A DNA stretch of 64,000 bases. Origin: Chlorobiaceae bacterium (GTDB taxonomy: Bacteria; Bacteroidota; Chlorobiia; Chlorobiales; Chlorobiaceae). Shown piece by piece: positions 45,934 through 56,376 of this stretch (its first letter is position 1; the number at the start of each line of letters is the position of its first letter). The position numbers and the translations under genes were made by a program. Location: NCBI GenBank assembly GCA_013334435.1, contig JAAXXP010000001.1:24892-88891 (forward strand), written 5' to 3'. The notes beneath the pieces were generated by a model that worked only from the letters and a program-made list of their open reading frames with translations, was not told the origin of the DNA and searched no databases.

Positions 45934-47403
45934 TTACATGAGTTTTTCGGCCAGAAACAGCTTCGCGCCGGCCATGGCGATCCGCTCCTGGGTTGCGGTG
46001 TCGCGATAGCGCACGGTCACGGTCTGGTCTTCCAGCGTCTGATGATCGACGGTGAAGCAGAACGGGGTGCCGATCTCATCCTGGCGGCGATAGCGCTTGC
46101 CGATGGATGCCGCATCGTCATACTGCACCAGGAACGATGCCGAGAGCTCGCTGCGGAGCTGTTCAGCTTTTTCTCCCATCTCTCCTTTTTTCACGAGCGG
46201 CAGTACTGCAGCCTTTACCGGCGCCACCTTCGGCGACAGCCTGAGCATGACGCGCTGTTCCCCGTCGACGACATCTTCGTTGTAGGCATCCGAGAGCAGC
46301 GCGAGGAAGAGCCTGTCGCATCCGGCGGAAGTTTCAACCACGTAGGGTAAATAGCGCTCTCCGGTTACCTGGTCGATATATTCCATGTTCTTGCCCGAAT
46401 ACTGCTGGTGCTGGCTCAGGTCGAAATCGGTCCGCGAATGGATTCCCTCGATCTCCTCGATGCCGAAGGGGAACTCGAACTTGATGTCGTAGGCAAGGTC
46501 TGCGTAATGCGCCAGTTTGTCGTGTTTGTACCAGTGCAGTTTTTCGGGACTGATGCCGAGATCGCTGACGTACCAGGCAAACCGCCGCTCTCTCCATGCC
46601 TCGAAAGCTTCGAGCTGCGTGCCGGGTTTGACGAAATACTGCATCTCCATCTGCTCGAACTCCACCATGCGAAAGATGAAATTGCCCTTCACGATCTCGT
46701 TTCGAAAGGCCTTGCCGATCTGCGCGATGCCGAACGGCACCTTCATGCGCGACGATTCGCGCACGTTGTGGAAGTTCACGAAAATGCCCTGTGCGGTCTC
46801 GGGGCGCAGGTAGACGACGCCCGACGTGTCGGCTACGGCGCCCATGCTGCACTGGAACATCAGGTTGAACTGGCGCACCTCGGTCCAGTCGCCCGATCCG
46901 GTATCCGGCGCCTTGATCGCCTCGCCGATAATCAGCTCGTAAAGCGCCCTGTTCGCATCCGGAGCAGCGGAAACAGCTTCGTAGGCGGCCTGTACCCTGT
47001 CGGCCTGTTCCGTTTTGCCGTCTCGGCGCAGTTTTTCGATATGGTTCTCGATCAGATGATCCGCCCTGTAGCGCCGCTTGGTGGTGCGGTCGTCGATCAT
47101 TGGATCGTTGAAGCTCGCAACATGGCCGGACGCTTCCCACACGGTGGGGTTCATCATGATCGAGGCGTCTATGCCGACGATGTTTGCCTGGCGGCGGGTC
47201 ATCGCGTTCCACCACAGATCCTTGATGTTCTTCTTCATCTCGCTGCCGAGCGGGCCGTAATCGAAGCAGGAGGAGAGCCCCCCGTAGATCTCCGACGACG
47301 GAAAAATGAACCCGCGGCGCTTGGCCAGCGAAACCAGTTTATGCATGACTTTATCGGGAGCCAGACTCGTGTTCTGCACCCGTTTCTCTTCGGAATTGCT
47401 CAT
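45934..47403 (-). CDS. glyQS: Glycine--tRNA ligase (alpha2 class II type)
   Basis: 489 aa with class II motifs (FRNEI, GIDRL-like AGCDRLFLA) and an anticodon-binding C-domain. Confidence 0.92.
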   Translation of the reverse strand: MSNSEEKRVQNTSLAPDKVMHKLVSLAKRRGFIFPSSEIYGGLSSCFDYGPLGSEMKKNIKDLWWNAMTRRQANIVGIDASIMMNPTVWEASGHVASFNDPMIDDRTTKRRYRADHLIENHIEKLRRDGKTEQADRVQAAYEAVSAAPDANRALYELIIGEAIKAPDTGSGDWTEVRQFNLMFQCSMGAVADTSGVVYLRPETAQGIFVNFHNVRESSRMKVPFGIAQIGKAFRNEIVKGNFIFRMVEFEQMEMQYFVKPGTQLEAFEAWRERRFAWYVSDLGISPEKLHWYKHDKLAHYADLAYDIKFEFPFGIEEIEGIHSRTDFDLSQHQQYSGKNMEYIDQVTGERYLPYVVETSAGCDRLFLALLSDAYNEDVVDGEQRVMLRLSPKVAPVKAAVLPLVKKGEMGEKAEQLRSELSASFLVQYDDAASIGKRYRRQDEIGTPFCFTVDHQTLEDQTVTVRYRDTATQERIAMAGAKLFLAEKLM

Positions 47404-47601
47404 CGTTCGTTCGAAAAGTTTTAATAAAAACGCCGGTATGCCTGTTCAACAGGATAAAACATTGAATATAAGAAACCAAGCAGGATAAAACCGAGGTTAT
47501 CGGAGCGCCGCGACGCAGGAAGATGCGGCGATGGCTCTCCGCCGCCGACCGCAGCGGCGGGGCTGCAGTGACCGTTCGCTTTCCCGGCGGTCGCGTGGCC
47601 C

Positions 47602-47907
47602 TCAGCCGGTCTGGATTTCGGTTTTGAGGGAGATCTCTTCGAGTACGGCGCTGACGTAGATGCAGCGTTCGAGAGGGCCGGCGTAGACCACGGTGCGGCC
47701 CTTGAGGTGCACTTCCCAGGTGAGTTTTTCGGCTTTCGAGCGGCTGCAGTTCACAGCCTTGATGATCTGAAAGATCACCTCGTCGAAAGAGTGATCGTCA
47801 TCATTGAAGAGTACGACGCGGTAAGCGTCCAGTCCGGCGGTACCGGCTGTTTTTTCGCTTTGAAGCGTTTCCGGGTTTTCAGCTGACGCTGTCCACTGTT
47901 TCGACAT
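47602..47907 (-). CDS. clpS: ATP-dependent Clp protease adaptor ClpS
   Basis: 101 aa. [17 protein letters not shown]...[12 protein letters not shown]. Confidence 0.9.
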   Translation of the reverse strand: MSKQWTASAENPETLQSEKTAGTAGLDAYRVVLFNDDDHSFDEVIFQIIKAVNCSRSKAEKLTWEVHLKGRTVVYAGPLERCIYVSAVLEEISLKTEIQTG

Positions 47908-47923
47908 GATATTACAGCTACAT

Positions 47924-48871
47924 CTATTGAAGAACTACCGGTTCGAGAGCCCTGAGGCTGAATGCCGAGGCTGAAACCTCCATGCGGTAGCGGGCTCCTA
48001 CCGGAATGGTCATGAGGTTGCAGATATGGCCGTACGAAAGCCCGCGCATGACGGGACCTTCCGGGTGGGCATGCTGGCAGTAGTAATCGAAAATTTTCTC
48101 AAGCCGTATATTCTCGCCGTTTCTTTCCGGTTCGCCCGTGAACTGGCCGAGCAGGATGCCGCGGCTTTCTGCCAGAAGGCCGGCATTGCCGAGATGCGAC
48201 AGCATTCTGTCGATACGGTATGCCGGTTCGTTGATGTCCTCGATGAAGAGCAGGGTATCCCTGAACGGAGGAAGATAGGGCGTGCCGATCATCGACGACA
48301 GCACGGAAAGGTTTCCTCCGATCAGCCGTCCTTCAGCGCATCCTTCCCTGACGCAGGTTACCGGATGACTCTCATGGTTCAGGAGCGAAAGCGCATAGGC
48401 CGGAGAGGTGAGCATGCCCCAGAAATGCTCTTCGGTATAGGCGGTCGGCCCGTGCAGTTCCGTTGCAAGCATCGGTCCGGAAAAACTGATCATCCCTGTT
48501 TTTGAAAAGATCGCCAGCGACAGGGCGGTGATGTCTGAATAGCCTACAAGGATTTTGGGATTTGCGGCAATGAGGCCGTAATCTATTTTTTTCAGCAGCC
48601 GGTAGGAGCCGGCTCCCCCTCTCAGGCAGATGATCGCTGCGACCGAAGGGTCGCCGAACATGCCGTGCAGATCCTGCAGCTTCTCTTCGTCGGCGATGGC
48701 CGGATCGGTATCGATACGGTTGAGATGGATCGAGGGTTTTACCCGGTAGCCGTTTTTTTCGAGATAGGTTACCGCCTGCTGGATTCTGTCGGGGAAGGAG
48801 CAGTGTGATGAGGGAGATATGAGCCCGATGGTGTCTCCCCTGCGCAGGGCTTTCGGTACAAGCGTTTTCAT
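47924..48871 (-). CDS. ldcA: LD-carboxypeptidase (S66, muramoyltetrapeptide carboxypeptidase)
   Basis: [19 protein letters not shown] (nucleophile Ser) and GHICN. Start set at MKTLVPK; the ORF maximum of 48886 would place the ATG inside the atpDC terminator hairpin. Confidence 0.85.
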   Translation of the reverse strand: MKTLVPKALRRGDTIGLISPSSHCSFPDRIQQAVTYLEKNGYRVKPSIHLNRIDTDPAIADEEKLQDLHGMFGDPSVAAIICLRGGAGSYRLLKKIDYGLIAANPKILVGYSDITALSLAIFSKTGMISFSGPMLATELHGPTAYTEEHFWGMLTSPAYALSLLNHESHPVTCVREGCAEGRLIGGNLSVLSSMIGTPYLPPFRDTLLFIEDINEPAYRIDRMLSHLGNAGLLAESRGILLGQFTGEPERNGENIRLEKIFDYYCQHAHPEGPVMRGLSYGHICNLMTIPVGARYRMEVSASAFSLRALEPVVLQ

Positions 48872-48877
48872 ACAAGC

Positions 48878-48916
48878 AAAAAACATCAGCAGGTTTTACG
48901 CTGCTGATGTTTTTTT
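48878..48916. terminator. Bidirectional-looking hairpin terminator downstream of atpC
   Basis: A6-CATCAGCAG-gttttacg-CTGCTGATG-T7. On the minus strand it follows the atpC stop. Confidence 0.8.
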
Positions 48917-48931
48917 ACGATTGAGATGAAA

Positions 48932-49198
48932 TCAGGCAATATTTTCGGTAAGCAGAATAGCCTTGTTGCCGCTCACCTCAAAAAAACCGTCTGCCACGGT
49001 AAAGCTTTTTTCGCTCTTGTCGGCCAGCACGATTTTCACCTTGCCGCTTTTCAGGGCGGAAAGCAGTGGCGCATGGTTTTTCATGACCTGAAAGAGGCCG
49101 TCCTGTCCTGGCGCCGTAACGCTCGTGACCTCTCCGGAAAAGAAAAGTTTCTGCGGCGTTACAATGTCGATTTCAAACCCTTTGTCGGTAGTCGCCAT
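48932..49198 (-). CDS. atpC: F-type ATP synthase epsilon subunit, N-terminal beta-sandwich only
   Basis: 88 aa ([24 protein letters not shown]...). Located downstream of atpD. Lacks the C-terminal helical hairpin. Confidence 0.88.
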   Translation of the reverse strand: MATTDKGFEIDIVTPQKLFFSGEVTSVTAPGQDGLFQVMKNHAPLLSALKSGKVKIVLADKSEKSFTVADGFFEVSGNKAILLTENIA

Positions 49199-49214
49199 GA
49201 TTAATCAGAGGTTA

Positions 49215-50624
<1,410 letters not shown>

Positions 50625-50724
50625 TTATGGTGAAATCAAACGTTAGGATTATCCGGTAACGGCTCTTGAGAAATGCGGTGTATCACGTTTTTTTAAGGCG
50701 ATTACGCGATATTTTCCGGATGCG

Positions 50725-50797
50725 AGCCACCTGCGGGACTCGAACCCACGACCTACTATTTACGAAACAGTTGCTCTACCAGCTGAGCTAAGGTGGC
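50725..50797 (-). tRNA. tRNA-Thr (anticodon CGU)
   Basis: Manual cloverleaf: GCCACCT-TA-GCTC-AGCTGGTA-GAGC-A-ACTGT-TTCGTAA-ATAGT-AGGTC-GTGGG-TTCGAGT-CCCGC-AGGTGGC-T. CCA is not encoded. Confidence 0.88.
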
Positions 50798-50958
50798 GTT
50801 GGCCATTTCAAAAATAAAGCCGAAATATAGTTTATTTATCATTGAATAGCAAAGATTAATCAGGCGAAGCAAGCGCCTTTTAAAAAACGCAGGAATTGTA
50901 TATTAAAAGGAGTCAGAAATGTATATTTGCACTTTTAACGATTGAAAACGATACGATA

Positions 50959-51510
50959 ATGATCGCAGGTACAATGCTGATGGTGAAAAGAGTGCTCTCA
51001 GGCCCGGCTGTTTTTGCGGCGGCCCTGATGGTGCTGTTCATGACTTGCTCAGCCGGTGCGGCTCAGGCGCCCCTTGCTCCGGCATTTTCAGCCGTCGGCA
51101 TGGACGGAAAAACGGTTTCTTCCCGCCAGCTTGCAGGAAAGGCTTATATCGTGAACTTCTTTGCTTCGTGGTGTCCGCCGTGCAGGTCTGAAATTCCTGA
51201 TATGGTCCAGCTTCAGAATACCTATAAAGCCAAAGGGTTCACCTTTGTCGGCGTGGCGGTAAACGAAAGTGACGAGACCATAAAGAGCTTCATGAAGAGC
51301 AACGGCATCAGTTACCCCGTGGTCATGGCAGATCAGAAGCTGGTCGGGGCCTATGGGCGGTATGTCGAAGGCGGCATACGTTCCATTCCAACCAGTTTTG
51401 TCGTCAACCGGTCGGGGCGCATTGTCCAGATTGTTTCAGGAGCACGAAGCAAGGCTGTTTTCGAGAAAATGATTCTCGATGCACTCCGGCCAGTCAAAGC
51501 CGTCAAGTAA
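50959..51510 (+). CDS. TlpA/ResA-like periplasmic thiol:disulfide oxidoreductase
   Basis: Signal/anchor segment and thioredoxin fold with WCPPC. Start among M22/M27/M29 of the ORF is uncertain. Confidence 0.85.
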   Translation: MIAGTMLMVKRVLSGPAVFAAALMVLFMTCSAGAAQAPLAPAFSAVGMDGKTVSSRQLAGKAYIVNFFASWCPPCRSEIPDMVQLQNTYKAKGFTFVGVAVNESDETIKSFMKSNGISYPVVMADQKLVGAYGRYVEGGIRSIPTSFVVNRSGRIVQIVSGARSKAVFEKMILDALRPVKAVK

Positions 51511-51593
51511 CCGTACCGGTATGATTCCCAGTATTCCGAATCCGGTGTTGCAGGCCGAACGTGTACATCCGGTTCATACAGTTTTATTTGCAT

Positions 51594-51627
51594 GTCCGCA
51601 GTCAGGGTGACTGCGGACTTTTTTTTT
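51594..51627 (+). terminator. Strong hairpin plus T9, 27 nt upstream of the pckG start
   Basis: GTCCGCAGTC-agggt-GACTGCGGAC followed by T9. Confidence 0.8.
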
Positions 51628-51653
51628 AAACCCGCCATAAAACAAGGACGATA

Positions 51654-53519
51654 ATGAGTGCTATGCCGATCAATCCCCCGGGTTCTGTGAAAAACCCGAA
51701 ACTGCTCCAGTGGGTGCAGGAGACCGCCGATCTCTGTCGGCCGGATACCGTCTGCTGGTGCGACGGAAGTCAGGAGGAGTACGATACCCTCTGCCAGCAG
51801 ATGGTGGAGAGCGGCACCTTCATCAGGCTTTCGGACGAAAAGCGCCCGAACAGTTTTCTCTGCCGTTCCGATCCGAGCGACGTCGCCAGGGTGGAGGACC
51901 GCACCTATATCTGCAGCATCCGTCGTCAGGACGCCGGTCCCACCAACAACTGGGTGGCTCCCAAAGAGATGAAGGCGACGCTTCGCGGACTTTTCGACGG
52001 CTGCATGCAGGGCCGTACCATGTATGTCATTCCCTTCAGCATGGGCCCTCTCGGTTCTCCGATCGCCCATATCGGCGTGGAAATCACCGATTCGCCCTAT
52101 GTTGTCACCAACATGCGCATCATGACCAGAATGGGCAGCAGGGTGCTCGATGTGCTCGGCGACGACGGTGAGTTCGTTCCCTGCCTGCACTCGGTCGGAG
52201 CCCCGCTTCAGCCGGGACAGCAGGATGTGCCGTGGCCGTGCAACGAACAGAAATACATTGTCCATTTTCCTGAAGAGCGTTCCATCATCTCGTTCGGCAG
52301 CGGTTACGGCGGCAACGCCCTGCTCGGCAAAAAGTGTTTTGCCCTGCGCATCGCCTCCTCGATGGCCCGCGATGAAGGGTGGCTCGCCGAGCACATGCTC
52401 ATTCTCGGCGTCGAATCTCCCGATGGCCAGAAGACCTATGTCGCGGCGGCATTCCCGAGCGCCTGCGGTAAAACCAACTTCGCCATGCTGATTCCTCCGG
52501 AATCGTATGAAGGATGGAAGGTGACCACCATCGGTGACGATATCGCCTGGATCAAGCCCGCCTCCGACGGACGGCTCTACGCAATCAACCCCGAATACGG
52601 CTTTTTCGGCGTCGCTCCCGGCACCTCGAACAAATCGAACCCGAATGCCATGGCGACGCTCGAGAAGAACTGTATTTTCACCAATGTCGCCCTCACCCCC
52701 GACGGCGATGTATGGTGGGAAGAGATGACCGACACGGCTCCTCCGGAGCTGATCGACTGGCAGGGAAAACCCTGGACGCCCGGCTGCGGACGTCCGGCGG
52801 CACATCCCAATGCCCGTTTCACCTCTCCGGCCAGCCAGTGTCCCGTTCTTGATGCCGACTGGGAGAATCCTGCCGGCGTTCCGGTCAGCGCCTTTATCTT
52901 CGGAGGTCGCCGCAGGGATACCGTGCCGCTTGTCTACCAGTCCGCAAACTGGAATTCCGGTGTTTACCTCGCAGCCACCATGGGTTCCGAAAAAACCGCT
53001 GCGGCCGCCGGAAAAGTCGGCGAAGTCCGCCGCGATCCCTTCGCCATGCTGCCGTTCTGCGGCTATCACATGGGCGATTATTTCAACCACTGGCTCCATG
53101 TAGGCAGGACGCTTTCCGAACTGCCGAGAATATTCGGCGTCAACTGGTTCCGCAAGGACGAGAACGGAAAATTCCTCTGGCCCGGATTCGGAGAGAACAT
53201 GCGGGTACTGAAGTGGATTGTCGACCGCGTGCACGGACGGGCCGGTGCGGTGGAGAGCCCGCTTGGCTGGATGCCGAAGTACGAAGCGCTCGACTGGGAA
53301 GGCCTCGAGGAAATGACCCCGGAAAAGTTTTCAAAGCTCATGTCGGTCGACCGCGAAGCCTGGAAAAAAGAGCTGCTTTCCCATGAGGAGCTTTTCGAAA
53401 TCATTTATGACCGGCTTCCCAAAGAGTTCTCCCACATCAGGGAACTGATGCTCTCGACGCTCTGGATGTCGCCCGAGCACTGGTATCTGGCTTCAGAGAG
53501 CTACTCCGTCGATAATTGA
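51654..53519 (+). CDS. pckG: Phosphoenolpyruvate carboxykinase (GTP)
   Basis: 621 aa with the GTP-PEPCK kinase-1a loop FPSACGKTN and the full-length pattern. Confidence 0.95.
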   Translation: MSAMPINPPGSVKNPKLLQWVQETADLCRPDTVCWCDGSQEEYDTLCQQMVESGTFIRLSDEKRPNSFLCRSDPSDVARVEDRTYICSIRRQDAGPTNNWVAPKEMKATLRGLFDGCMQGRTMYVIPFSMGPLGSPIAHIGVEITDSPYVVTNMRIMTRMGSRVLDVLGDDGEFVPCLHSVGAPLQPGQQDVPWPCNEQKYIVHFPEERSIISFGSGYGGNALLGKKCFALRIASSMARDEGWLAEHMLILGVESPDGQKTYVAAAFPSACGKTNFAMLIPPESYEGWKVTTIGDDIAWIKPASDGRLYAINPEYGFFGVAPGTSNKSNPNAMATLEKNCIFTNVALTPDGDVWWEEMTDTAPPELIDWQGKPWTPGCGRPAAHPNARFTSPASQCPVLDADWENPAGVPVSAFIFGGRRRDTVPLVYQSANWNSGVYLAATMGSEKTAAAAGKVGEVRRDPFAMLPFCGYHMGDYFNHWLHVGRTLSELPRIFGVNWFRKDENGKFLWPGFGENMRVLKWIVDRVHGRAGAVESPLGWMPKYEALDWEGLEEMTPEKFSKLMSVDREAWKKELLSHEELFEIIYDRLPKEFSHIRELMLSTLWMSPEHWYLASESYSVDN

Positions 53520-53541
53520 CCATCGTTTCTTCCTTCTTGCC

Positions 53542-53574
53542 GGTGCGCAGGTCTCTCCTGCGCACCTTTTTTTT
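53542..53574 (+). terminator. Rho-independent terminator after pckG
   Basis: GGTGCGCAGG-tctct-CCTGCGCACC followed by T8. Confidence 0.88.
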
Positions 53575-53698
53575 GTCATTCCGTCTCCTTCTTCGGTCGT
53601 TCAGCCTCGGGACGCGCCCTCAGGGTTCATCCTCGGATTTCCGTTCCGCTGGCGCCCCTTCTTTTTTTCCTTCCGTAGTTCGGATATTTTTATTATTT

Positions 53699-53722
53699 AT
53701 GTATAACTATATATTTATATAG
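53699..53722 (+). promoter_or_regulatory. Degenerate copy of the 24-bp palindromic operator, upstream of the FadL-type OMP gene
   Basis: ATGTATAAC-tatata-TTTATATAG, with 3 mismatches to TTATATAAY-N6-RTTATATAA. Located 160 nt upstream of the ATG at 53882. Confidence 0.45.
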
Positions 53723-53881
53723 CTTATTCTTCCTGTTCGCTCCTTTTCCCGTATACCCCGATGTACCGCATTTCGTCCCTCCTCTCCGGAGTGCCGTGCA
53801 TCCGCAATCCTCAGTCAGTTGCGCGGTAGCTGCGGGTTTTTGGCGCCTTTATCTGCATTAACCATGTAACCGCAACAGCGT

Positions 53882-55309
53882 ATGCATCAAAAAACAATTA
53901 GCGGGATGACGCTTCTGGCGCTCCTGTCAGCCACATCCACAGCTTTTGCCACGAACGGCATGAACCTCGAAGGGTACGGCGCGAAATCCCATGCGCTCGG
54001 CGGGACAAGCACGGCCTACGATACCGGGAATTCAGGGGTCACGAACAACCCGGCAACCCTTGGCCTGAGACAGGAGGGTTCTTCGGAACTCGGAGTCGGG
54101 ATCCGCGGCCTTCATCCGGACGTAAACCTTCAGACGCCGGGCATGATGGCCGGATCGGACGGGGACGCATATTACATGCCATCGCTCTCCTATATGCGCA
54201 AAGACGGAAAAATAACCTGGGGGTTTGCCGTTCTCGCTCAGGGTGGAATGGGTACGGAGTACGGCGAAAATTCCCCGATTTTCAGCAGAGGGAATTCCAT
54301 GGGGGGCAATCCAGGGGTTCCCCTGAGCGGTCAGGATATCCGCTCCGAGGTGGGAGTGGGACGCCTGATGTTTCCTGTGGCATATAACCTTACGGAAAAT
54401 ACCGTCATCGGAGCATCTCTGGATTTTCTCTGGGCGAGCATGGATCTGCGGATGGATATGGACGGAGCGCATTTCGGAGCCATGGCCATGCAGGGCCGAG
54501 GCGGTTCTGTGGGAGGATCGATGTTCAGTACGCTTGGCGGAATGATCGGTTCGGGTATGGTGAGCGATATCGACTATGTCCGCTACGACTTCTCCAACGA
54601 CAGTCCCTTTCTTGGTGACGCGACAGGTTACGGCACCGGGTTCAAGGTGGGTTTTACCCACCGGTTCAGCAAACTGCTTACGGTGGGAGGCAGCTATCAC
54701 TCGCAGACACGGATCTCCGATCTCGAAACCTCGAACGCCGTGCTCTCTTTTTCCGGAACAGGTGATGCGTTCAGCATGGCCAATCCCGTTTCGGTGAAAG
54801 GCACCATCAAGGTCCGCAATTTCGAGTGGCCGGCCACGTTCGCCGCGGGCGTAGCCCTCTACCCTGCAGAACGGTGGATGATTTCCGCCGACGTCAAGCA
54901 CATCGACTGGTCGTCGGTAATGGAGAAATTTTCAACGACCTTTATAGCCGACAACTCCGTTTCCAACGGGCCATTTGCCGGGCAGAAGCTCGATGTGGAG
55001 ATGCTGCAGAACTGGAAGGATCAGACGGTTTTTTCAGTTGGCGTTCAGTACAGGGCAACAGACAGGCTTGCTCTCAGGGGCGGTGCGAGTTTCGCTTCGA
55101 ACCCCGTACCCGATGCATGGCTCAATCCACTGTTTCCGGCCATCACCGAAAACCATTATACCGCCGGATTCGGCTACAGGGTTTCCGATCGCGCTTCGGT
55201 TTCGGCGGCCCTGGCCTGGGCTCCGGAGGTTACCCGAACAAATGCCGACGGTCTTGAAATCAGTCACGGCCAGCTCAACTGGTCACTGAATTATGCGCAT
55301 GAGCTGTAG
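53882..55309 (+). CDS. Outer-membrane transport protein, OMPP1/FadL/TodX family
   Basis: 475 aa with a signal peptide ending AFA, N-terminal NLEGYGAKSHALGGTSTAY typical of the FadL hatch region, and beta-strand periodicity throughout. Confidence 0.8.
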   Translation: MHQKTISGMTLLALLSATSTAFATNGMNLEGYGAKSHALGGTSTAYDTGNSGVTNNPATLGLRQEGSSELGVGIRGLHPDVNLQTPGMMAGSDGDAYYMPSLSYMRKDGKITWGFAVLAQGGMGTEYGENSPIFSRGNSMGGNPGVPLSGQDIRSEVGVGRLMFPVAYNLTENTVIGASLDFLWASMDLRMDMDGAHFGAMAMQGRGGSVGGSMFSTLGGMIGSGMVSDIDYVRYDFSNDSPFLGDATGYGTGFKVGFTHRFSKLLTVGGSYHSQTRISDLETSNAVLSFSGTGDAFSMANPVSVKGTIKVRNFEWPATFAAGVALYPAERWMISADVKHIDWSSVMEKFSTTFIADNSVSNGPFAGQKLDVEMLQNWKDQTVFSVGVQYRATDRLALRGGASFASNPVPDAWLNPLFPAITENHYTAGFGYRVSDRASVSAALAWAPEVTRTNADGLEISHGQLNWSLNYAHEL

Positions 55310-55375
55310 CGGGTCAGGGTGTTTTTCTGTTACCTTTCTTTACAGATACCTTCATCAACACCAGCAGCAGTAACA

Positions 55376-55582
55376 ATGGACTGCCGACACCCGGAGAACC
55401 TCGCCCGATGCAACTGCACCTGCGAACCGTGTCCCCGCAAGGGGATCTGCTGCGAGTGCATTGCCTATCACCGCTCGAAAGAGCAGCTTCCGGCATGCTG
55501 TTTCAGCCCGGAGGCGGAAAAAACATGGGATCGGAGCATCGTGAAGTTCATTGAAGACAGCCAGCGGAAAGTGCGCCCATGA
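55376..55582 (+). CDS. Small Cys-rich protein (9 Cys in 68 aa), function unknown
   Basis: [43 protein letters not shown]... I believe this matches a conserved uncharacterised family (DUF6485-like), but that is from memory only. No clear RBS. Confidence 0.5.
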   Translation: MDCRHPENLARCNCTCEPCPRKGICCECIAYHRSKEQLPACCFSPEAEKTWDRSIVKFIEDSQRKVRP

Positions 55583-55621
55583 GGCGTACTTTCCACTGGT
55601 GTGGCTTTTCCGGGGAAGCGC

Positions 55622-55834
55622 TCAGTTTTCGTCGAGCGTAAAACCGATTTTTACGGTAACCTGCCAGTAGGCGACTTTCTGGTTCTCGACGTGACAGCGG
55701 GTTTCGACAATTTCGACCCAGCGGATATTTCTTACCGATTCAGCGGCTTTTGCGACGGCATTTTTCACTGCATCCTCGATGCTGGTTTCCGAAGATCCGA
55801 CGATTTCAATTTTTTTATAGATATGAGCGCTCAT
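55622..55834 (-). CDS. Dodecin-family flavin-binding protein
   Basis: MSAHIYKKIEIVGSSETSIEDAVKNAV...WQVTVKIGFTL, the canonical dodecin pattern. The ORF maximum start at 55852 is also possible. Confidence 0.85.
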   Translation of the reverse strand: MSAHIYKKIEIVGSSETSIEDAVKNAVAKAAESVRNIRWVEIVETRCHVENQKVAYWQVTVKIGFTLDEN

Positions 55835-56070
55835 GGCTTGCGTGTTTTTCATGGTTGGTGATCCAGTCGTGCGGCTGCACTGCGTTATGCATTGACCCGC
55901 GTCAAGAAAGGAAAATAGGCTTCATCGGCGAAAAAAATCCCTTCCTGGGCTTTTTTTTTGAAAAACGGCACCCGAAGCTTCTCCGGAAGCAAGGGTTAAG
56001 TCATTGTTTGAAATGGGGGTAGTTGGTATAAGGGTCGTAATAAAAAAAGTTCCTGAAACACAGATTTAAT

Positions 56071-56127
56071 TTGGGAGTATGGGTACTGTGTATTATTATA
56101 TAACCATTCAGTTATATAATAATACAC
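56071..56127 (+). promoter_or_regulatory. Sigma70-like promoter with a perfect 40-bp palindromic operator, upstream of the Mo-oxidoreductase operon
   Basis: TTGGGA (56071-56076), a 17-nt spacer, then TATTAT (56094-56099). Palindrome GTGTATTATTATATAAC-cattca-GTTATATAATAATACAC at 56088-56127. Confidence 0.65.
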
Positions 56128-56376
56128 TTATTGGGCGCTCGCTCAGGGCGCACATACGGTGCGGTATGCCGGGCCCCCGTTCTCATCGGGATAGAGGAGG
56201 TCATGACACCGGTGATCCCTCAGGTGAAGGCGGTGAGTTATCCTGTAATGCCGGAAAAAAGTTGACGCATACCGCACTGGCGAATGCCGGCGGTGTGTCA
56301 TTAGGTCGGGGTGGAATCCTGCCGGAGATGCTTGCGGCATGTGGCCTCCTGCATGACCCTTAAGAGGAGAAGGTTC

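Noticed and set aside
51351-53234. 627-aa minus-strand ORF opposite pckG.
   Set aside because: This is the same antisense-frame artefact. The sense strand encodes an unmistakable GTP-PEPCK (FPSACGKTN), and the antisense translation has no motifs.
56079-56363. 94-aa plus-strand ORF starting inside the palindromic operator.
   Set aside because: Its start codon would lie upstream of the predicted transcription start, within the -10/operator. There is no RBS, and the translation is Gly/Arg-rich. The region is better explained as a structured leader.
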